In this document: piece after piece, positions 63,596-64,000 of the stretch
How the letters are laid out: every line of letters begins with the position of its first letter
How positions within the stretch are numbered: the first letter of the stretch is position 1
Assembly (NCBI GenBank): GCA_043719805.1
Contig: JAYSTI010000001.1
Span: forward strand, 215,770 to 279,769
Reading direction: 5' to 3'
Length of the DNA stretch: 64,000 nt
Source: Candidatus Lloydbacteria bacterium
GTDB taxonomy: Bacteria > Patescibacteriota > Minisyncoccia > Phycocordibacterales > UBA6899
Translations under genes and position numbers: made by a program
The notes under the pieces: generated by a model
Seen by the model: only the letters and a program-made list of their open reading frames with translations
What the model was told of the DNA's origin: nothing
The model's database searches: none

Positions 63596-64000
63596 TTACC
63601 GAGCCAACAGGAGCGGACCAAAAACGAGTTCAGGGGATTGCCCGTTCCGCACATGCTCACCAGTGAGGTGGACTTTCACGACCTTGCGAGTACTGCGCTG
63701 AAGCGTCGGGAGCCGAAGGAACGTTTGGTGATAGATACCGGCGCAAATGGTCCGAAGACCACGCGCGCCCATCTTTTCACGGATCGCTCTCTTCGCAATC
63801 TCCTTAATGGCTTCGGGGTCACAGACGGACTCCGCACCTTCACGTCCGATGATCTCGGCGTATTGCTTCAAGAGCGCATTCTTCGGCTCAGTCAGGATTG
63901 CTTCCAGCATCGCTTCGGTCAGCTCATCGAATGTCGCCCGGACAGGGAGACGAGCGATAAACTGCGTATCGAAACCAAACATCGCGAGATCTTGCGGAGT
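63596..64000 (-). CDS. clpX: ATP-dependent Clp protease ATP-binding subunit ClpX, C-terminal part. The 5' end lies beyond the window.
   Basis: LTEPKNALLKQYAEIIGREGAE...GARGLRTI matches the ClpX C-terminal domain. The frame is open to position 64000. Confidence 0.8.
   Translation of the reverse strand, partial: TPQDLAMFGFDTQFIARLPVRATFDELTEAMLEAILTEPKNALLKQYAEIIGREGAESVCDPEAIKEIAKRAIREKMGARGLRTICAGIYHQTFLRLPTLQRSTRKVVKVHLTGEHVRNGQSPELVFGPLLLAR

Noticed and set aside
1-64000. rRNA or tRNA genes
   Set aside because: Intergenic gaps were scanned by eye for tRNA-like GTGGTAGAGC/TTCGAATCC-type boxes and for rRNA-like conserved stretches, and none was recognised. The gaps are short and AT-rich, or occupied by the repeats described. 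A tRNAscan/Infernal run would be needed to exclude a tRNA definitively.

Overview
This 64 kb window is bacterial and, from the gene content, probably from an uncultivated small-genome lineage. Candidate-phyla-radiation-like hallmarks are lamin-tail/PKD surface proteins, a DGR, weak Shine-Dalgarno use and 4-bp ATGA gene overlaps. Lineage assignment is low confidence.

The window is dominated by one very large cell-surface glycan biosynthesis and decoration island:
- about 10 glycosyltransferases (GT4, GT2, GtrB/DPM1-like, DUF616-like);
- at least 10 class I SAM methyltransferases, including an FkbM-type and one fused to an FdtA/WxcM ketoisomerase;
- a DegT aminotransferase and an AsnB-type amidotransferase;
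- three extended-SDR epimerase/dehydratases and two NDP-sugar dehydrogenases;
- a Wzx-like flippase, GtrA, a split transketolase, and an MBOAT + SGNH O-acylation module;
- a SucC/SucD/citrate-synthase-like (ATP-citrate-lyase-like) trio;
- an APH-like kinase, an IMPase-family phosphatase, a HAD phosphatase, a 2H phosphoesterase, a YvcK/CofD-family protein, a cytidylyltransferase-cupin fusion, a tandem pair of WcaH-like Nudix hydrolases, and an ELP3-like radical-SAM/GNAT protein.

Small cassettes are inserted into this island, and each insertion is associated with duplicated fragments of a neighbouring gene end:
- RelE/YefM and an HTH-HATPase-STAS gene lie among three decaying copies of the 3' end of an rmlB-like dehydratase gene;
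- AbiEi/AbiEii and HicAB lie between about 130 bp direct repeats made of the asnB 3' end plus the GT2 5' end.

The most striking element is a complete diversity-generating retroelement (DGR) at 40.2-42.7 kb. It has a reverse transcriptase, an Avd-like four-helix-bundle gene, a 127 bp template repeat (TR), and a variable repeat (VR) at the 3' end of a target gene. All 16 TR/VR mismatches fall at TR adenines.

Other points:
- a covarying conserved leader element, about 72 nt, precedes two genes;
- two near-identical terminators occur in the GC-rich segment;
- one GT4 gene is frameshifted;
- composition swings between AT-rich cassettes and a GC-rich segment at about 49-58 kb.

The window edges are a large secreted beta-helix/lipase-like protein (1-2649, truncated) and clpX (63596-64000, truncated). 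No rRNA, tRNA or CRISPR array was recognised by eye.
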